Part shown: piece by piece, positions 33,430 to 39,029 of the stretch
Layout: each line of letters opens with the position of its first letter
Position numbering within the stretch: position 1 is the stretch's first letter
Assembly (NCBI RefSeq): GCF_018977255.1
Contig: NW_024704749.1
Coordinates: forward strand, 9,510,972-9,550,000
DNA: 39,029 bases
From: Callorhinchus milii
Taxonomy: Eukaryota
Direction: 5' to 3'
Program-made: the position numbers and the translations under genes
The notes under the pieces: generated by a model
Seen by the model: only the letters and a program-made list of their open reading frames with translations
The model's database searches: none
What the model was told of the DNA's origin: nothing

Positions 33430-34460
33430 TGTGTTTATCTGTCCCAGCGCTTGCCTCACGGGGTGGCACCGGTGTGCAGGGAGTGCGGAGTCTCTCACGG
33501 TCGGGAGCTGGAGTTTGGTGTCACCGCAGAGGGACAGAGGAGCTGTAGACCGTCTCGCGAGCGCGACTCCCCCGACGGTGTTACCAGGCCTCGAGCTCCT
33601 CCCGTTACCGGCTCTCCCCCCCTCTCCCGTTACCTGCTCTCCCCCCCCCTTCCCCGTTACCGGCTCTCCCCCCCCCCTCCTGTTACCGGCTCTCCCCCCC
33701 TCTCCCGTTACCGGCTCTCCCCCCCCCCTCCTGTTACCGGCTCTCCCCCCCCTCTCCCGTTACCGGCTCTCCCCCCCCTCTCCCGTTACTGGCTCTCCCC
33801 CCCCTCTCCCGTTACCGGCTCTCCCCCCCCCGTTACCGGCTCTCCCCCCCCCTCTCCGTTACCGGCTCTCCCCCCCCCCTCCCGTTACCGGCTCTCCCCC
33901 CCCCCGTTACCGGCTCTCCCCCCCCTTCTCCCGTTACCGGCTCTCCCCCCCCCCCCTACCGGCTCTCCCCCCCCTCCCGTTACCGGCTCTCCCCCCCCCT
34001 CCCGTTACCGGCTCTCCCCCCCCTCCCGTTACCGGCTCTCCCCCCCCTCTCCCGTTACCGGCTCTCCCCCCCCCTCCCGTTACCGGCTCTCCCCCCCCTC
34101 CCCGTTACCGGCTCTCCCCCCCCCCTCCCGTTACCGGCTCTCCCCCCCCCTCCCGTTACCGGCTCTCCCCCCCTCTCCCGTTACCGGCTCTCCCCCCCCC
34201 TTCTCCCGTTACCGGCTCTCCCCCCCCCTCCCGTTACCGGCTCTCCCCCCCCTCTCTCCCCCCCCCCTCCCGTTACTGGCTCTCCCCCCTCTCCCCCCCC
34301 GTTACCAGCTCTCCCCTCCTCTCGGTTCTGTGGCGTCAAAGCTTTGGCGGTTCCCGCCTTTTCTCCCCCACTCCCCTTCCACCGTTGGCGCGTGCGCACT
34401 TGGTCCTTCGGGAAGGTCCCCCCCCCCCCCCGGTCCCGCGCATGCGCACAAGGAGGGTGG
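33430..34460. promoter_or_regulatory. CpG-rich putative promoter interrupted by a minisatellite
   Basis: TCTCGCGAG (BANP-like) 33553-33561; E2F-like TTTGGCGG/TTCCCGCC 34343-34358; NRF1 GCGCATGCGC 34438-34447 and GCGCGTGCGCA 34388-34398. Confidence 0.55.
33590..34320. repeat. C-rich minisatellite, ~20-25 nt unit (CCCGTTACCGGCTCT-C7-10-T), roughly 30 copies
   Basis: Direct inspection. Confidence 0.97.
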
Positions 34461-34829
34461 GGGGGGGGGGGGAGTGTGTGAGTGGCTCGAGGGCGTCAGA
34501 CTCGTCAGAGGGAGAAGGTTGGAGGGCCACAGAGGGAGAGAGGGAGAAGGTTGGAGGGCCAGAGGAGTAGAGAGAGGTTGGAAGGCCAGAGGGCATCTGA
34601 CAGGGACTCAGTGGGAGACAGTTTCCAGGAGCAGAAAGAGACTGGAATGGGCTCGGCGGAGGGCAGGGAAGGAGACTTGGTTGAGGGCCTCTGACTGACT
34701 GACTGTGATCCAGGATGAATGACAATCCATTCCTTTCAGCGGGAAGACACTCTGAATGAGATGTCTCCGTCCAGACAAGTGATGTCAGGTTTGCCTCTTG
34801 TCCAAGTCTACATGAGTTGGTATTATTAA

Positions 34830-34972
34830 TTGCTGCGCGCAATTGGCTGCCGCGTTTCGCCCACAAACTATACGGTCAATCGATCCAGTTTACAGTATAT
34901 TGTGTGAAGCGCTTTTGAGACGTCTCAATGATGTGATAAGGCGCTATATCAAATTCAAGGATTATTATTATT
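34830..34972 (+). mobile_element. SINE/L2 3' tail fragment
   Basis: gaagcgcttttgagacgtctcaat...aggcgctatatcaaa...ggattattatta. Confidence 0.7.
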
Positions 34973-35419
34973 TAAGAGCTTCTACCCACGCGTTGAGTGC
35001 CTTCACGTCAGTCACTGAATTAGCCACTGGGAGACAGGGATCAAACTCCAACTTTACTTGGGATTCCCACTCTGGCAGCCATCGTGTGGCAAATCCTGAT
35101 CCGACTGCGCTGCCGGATGTGCACAGAGACAATCTCAGTCAGTGGGAGGATGCCAAATCCATCTCACCTGGCATTCAGCTCCGACTGAGACATCCAGAAC
35201 AGTGGTTGGGGAGTGTGGAGATGTCCCTGAACTAAGAGGCAAACACAGATGACAGCTTTTGAGTGAAGATATGGAGTCAACACTGCTTTGAATTTCACTT
35301 AACACAGCTTTGAATTTCAGCATGACCCCCAAACACTTCTTCTGCAACATGGTACTGGCCTGGAGCAGCCAGGCTGAGGAGATGGATGCCAATCTGGTGA
35401 GTGTTACACCCCGAGACTC

Positions 35420-35520
35420 ACAGCTGGTTGAAGAAACAGCTGGATGCTGTGATGAGGAGTTTGAAAGATGAAATCAAATGGCCCGAAGGGTCTTCTTGAT
35501 CTGCACCTGTCCTGAGATCT
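35420..35520 (+). mobile_element. CR1-like 3' tail fragment
   Basis: aaacagctggatgctgtgatg...aatggcccgaagggtcttct, similar to 30175-30260. Confidence 0.55.
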
Positions 35521-38500
35521 TGTTAATATTCCAGGAATCACTAATATTTCCTTTGGTACCCACAGGATGTGCTGCTTCTGCATCCCTTGGAGGAAGAGGC
35601 AATAAAGAACTGAGGATTAAGGCCACGGGATAGGATAGGATTATCCTCCTCACTTTTCCAAATGGATCATTTCAAATTGGACGATGTCTGGTCACCAGCC
35701 TCCATTTGTGTCTGTCCTTTGTCTTTTAATTAATTGTGGGTAATTTTGTTTTCAGGGGTACCTGAGAACCATAGATATTTGCAGCCTAGTCGAGGCCATT
35801 CGGCCTGTCCACTCGTTCCCAGACAAAACACAGATACACGGCTCTCATGTTGGTGGTGGCGTGGCCTCTCCTGGAGCTCGCTCGACTGCCCTCGGGAGTC
35901 AGGGAGGAAATTTTCATTTCTTTAATAAACTTTTACTTTGTTTGTGCCAAACTCTGATGGGCCAGGGTTCCAGTCTTGCCTCATTAAACAATGACGATAA
36001 TCCGTGACTTGATATTAAACTCTGACTTTTTTTAATTTATTAATTTTATTTACAAGCCAATGGCAGTATGAAACAATGATTGGCAGATACGAAAGGATAT
36101 GAAAAGCACAATATCTACATTATAAAACGCAATGAGAAAGTCCTCAACAGATTAAGTTTTCTTCGGAAGAGGAGTTCTTCATTTTAGTTTAAGAATCTCA
36201 GTGTATTGACAAAACTTGTTACCCTGGGTGACAAATTCACTCTTGTCTCATTCAATAGAGATCATGAGAACTTGTGATCCATTCAGTTTCTCCTTTCCTC
36301 CCACCACCATCCCTTATCTCCTAACCCCCTCCCCCCCGTAACATTTCAGAACCAAAATGTTCTTAGCAACTCCTGTAATACGTCTTGCATGTAACCAAAT
36401 ACCATGTCAGTACCATTGAGATTTCATGTATACCTCCATTAAAACAGAAGATACATTTTACAAAATATCAGTCGGGCTTTCAGCCCCCATCCTTTGGAAT
36501 TCCAGTCCAGTCCCTTTGCCTTACTTCCTCCCTTGACTCCTTCAGGCCCATCTCAAGATCCCCCTCTTTGACCCTACCTTTGGTCACCCTCCTACTCCCA
36601 CCCCAGCTGATCTCAACCCCCAACTCGGATCCAAAACCCTGATTGTCCAGCCCTTGTCATTTAACGACCCATCTCTTTAATCGTGCCACTTACCTAATTC
36701 CTCTCCTACCCCCAGTTTGCTGTAACTGTAAAGTGCTCAAGAGAGTTACTCTACTTGAAGAGTGCTGTATAAATGAAAGTTGTTTAAACAGTATGGCAGA
36801 GCAGTTATTTGGACCACCTAGGCCAAAGCAGGTCACCCCCTCCCAAAGGAGCCACATAGTGCAGGAATGAACAAGTGGTGGAAATCACGAGCCAACCACA
36901 GGAGGTTCAGTTGAGTGGCACAGCTGAGTGACCGCCAATGGAAACGTGGAAGAGGGTGTTGGCTCAGTGGGGACCGAGATTTAGCTGAGAATTAAGTGCA
37001 GCCTCTGGCTTGAAAGAACATCTCTCCCAACAGTGGTTTGTCCCAGTGGTTCCTGCTAGCAGTGGGAAATCGACTCATCTGGAGATGGATCTATGTCCCC
37101 GTAAAATGAGTATCGTTTCAAGTTTATATTCAGTGGTCTGTAGAACAGCCTAGGCAACTGATGTCCCTAGAGTTTTGATGCTTTACTTAGTTCAGCTGTT
37201 TAATAAATTTACTTTGAATTTTACATTCAAATATGGGTGGACATCATCTTTATCTTTCCACTACACAATCCTGCTACAATATACAGTACCACGGATATTA
37301 TTGGTAAAGTAAGTCACAGTTATTGGAGGTAACTCGCTGAATGCGAAACCCTCAATGATCAAAAAGGGAAGGCGATCTATGCCTTCTGGGTTCAAAAATA
37401 TCTTCCCGATCTGAAGGCAGTGTTGTTGGATATTAACAATATTCTCCAATGAAAATCTTTCCATTAGAGATGTTTACAGTCTATTAACCAATTTATGACA
37501 GGCCAGGGATGGTGACAATTGTGCAACTCTATCAAGAATAACCTAGCATGGCTTCACAGCAAGAAATTCTGCTCTGTCAGATGCTAAGTCATGTGAACTT
37601 TGCAACATCCAATGGTCCAGTTACCATTTATTACTATTTATTAAAATATTTTTAAAAAATCATTATAGTCTAAATGTATAAATAATACCAGATGGCTATC
37701 TGTGGATTTAACACTTACCAACCTATAGGTTGGCTGATGAATAAACTACTGCACTTGTCCCTCATTTGAAATATTAATTCCCCATTATTCTATCAAACTT
37801 TGGAGTTTCCACTTTTAAGAATTCTTCACTATTCTTTTACTGACGGGTGTATTCATTGTCAGGCATGGTTTAGCAGGAAAATCGTAACGAATACACATTC
37901 TTGACTGTCCCAGTGGTCATATAAAGTAACACAGCAGTTTGAAGCATCCCCCTCCCCCAATCTGTTATAAAATACTTGGAGAAAATGCACCTGTATATAA
38001 AAAAAATCACATTGGAGACGTGCTTAAACTATCGACACGGTCAGAATACAGACAGATAATCATTGTACTGATGAGTTTCTCTCGGAATCAATGAACCAAG
38101 CCTGCTTTGAAGAAGGACATATCAATAATATATCCATTATGAAAACATTCCAGTTCAGTGAAGAGAATCACAGGCATACCCCCTTAATCAGACACCACTG
38201 GTTGGAACAGATATAAGGCTGTAAGAGGTTTTGTTGGCTCTTTTTTTTCATTCATTTCTTTAGATTCCGCATTTTTTTTTCTGGCAGCTACATCTTATGA
38301 ACCTGAAACAGAAGATTCCTATTAGCATATTAATCTTGCACAAAGTCTTCAAAGGTCCGGGTGCACAATGTGTAGTTACTGCCTATATTAAGAGGGCTGA
38401 AATCCTAACATTTTTTAACATTCGGCAAAACATTTTCGAATGTTCCATTTTATAGCGGCGTTCCCAAAACAATCAACAGGTTTATAACCTGAACACAAGC

Positions 38501-39029
38501 CTTGTGGGGAAGGCTTGTGAGTACGGTTAGTGCTGTCCTACAAATCTGTAGGATCAGTGTAAATGGAACACGACTGAAAATTTCTAAAGCTTTAGAAGTA
38601 TATATATAAATGAATAAAATGTAAGGATGAATTATTATTGATGAAGTCAGATGCGAAATTTTGACACACACACACCTGTATCCAGATATCACTGCAATCC
38701 ATTTGTTGAAACATTCAGCTTTACCTGTACGAAAAGCAATTAGAAAATAAAATTCCATCCAGCTGCAGAATTCACACAAACTTTCGCAGGTTCGTTATGC
38801 TTGAAAGATACAGTTTGGGGGAGGTTGCTGGACCATCCCATAACAAGCCATTTCTGCTGCATTGTGCCCCCATTAGAAGATGAACTGTTGATGTCAGTCT
38901 TCTGTGGCAATACTCTGAGTGACCAATTGTCGCATCTTTTCTGCAGTTGTAATGGAAGCACTTCCAGCAACCTCAGAATGTATCCACCCCTTCCATCTCC
39001 CACACAGAGGAGAAGCGCTGGACAGAAGC

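Noticed and set aside
33590-34320. CRISPR-like array
   Set aside because: No unique spacers, no cas genes, vertebrate context; a plain tandem repeat
33250-34698. 482-aa and 389-aa proline-rich formin/extensin-like ORFs
   Set aside because: Translation of a C-rich minisatellite with variable C-run lengths, flanked by CR1 sequence; several frames are open
38740-39029. Possible terminal coding exon on -
   Set aside because: None of the three frames matched a protein I recognise; truncated by the window edge

Overview
This is vertebrate genomic DNA, not prokaryotic: it has spliceosomal GT-AG introns and CpG islands. The tRNA-derived/Deu-like SINEs and CR1/L2 LINE fragments suggest a cartilaginous fish such as a chimaera or shark (inference). 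Contents in order: (1) a CpG island and an assembly gap (428-823). (2) A 7-coding-exon SRRD gene on + (1420-4299, about 324 aa), whose last intron is U12-type (minor spliceosome). (3) A convergent 26-coding-exon CLUH-like gene on - (22366->5951, about 1494 aa after restoring one base). It looks like a divergent CLUH paralog, with a 1-bp frameshift in exon 4 and a minisatellite-encoded C-terminal tail. (4) Two tandem, intronless, mutually divergent TEX26-like genes on - (25031-25813, 26872-27768). (5) A CpG-rich promoter-like region split by a C-rich minisatellite (33.4-34.5 kb), followed by a candidate two-exon small ORF. Gene identities come from remembered similarity to human proteins; no database search was run. 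I found no wholly new biological system. The most unusual items are the TEX26-like retrogene pair, the CLUH paralog with its repeat tail and frameshift, the U12 intron and an overlapping bidirectional poly(A) signal.
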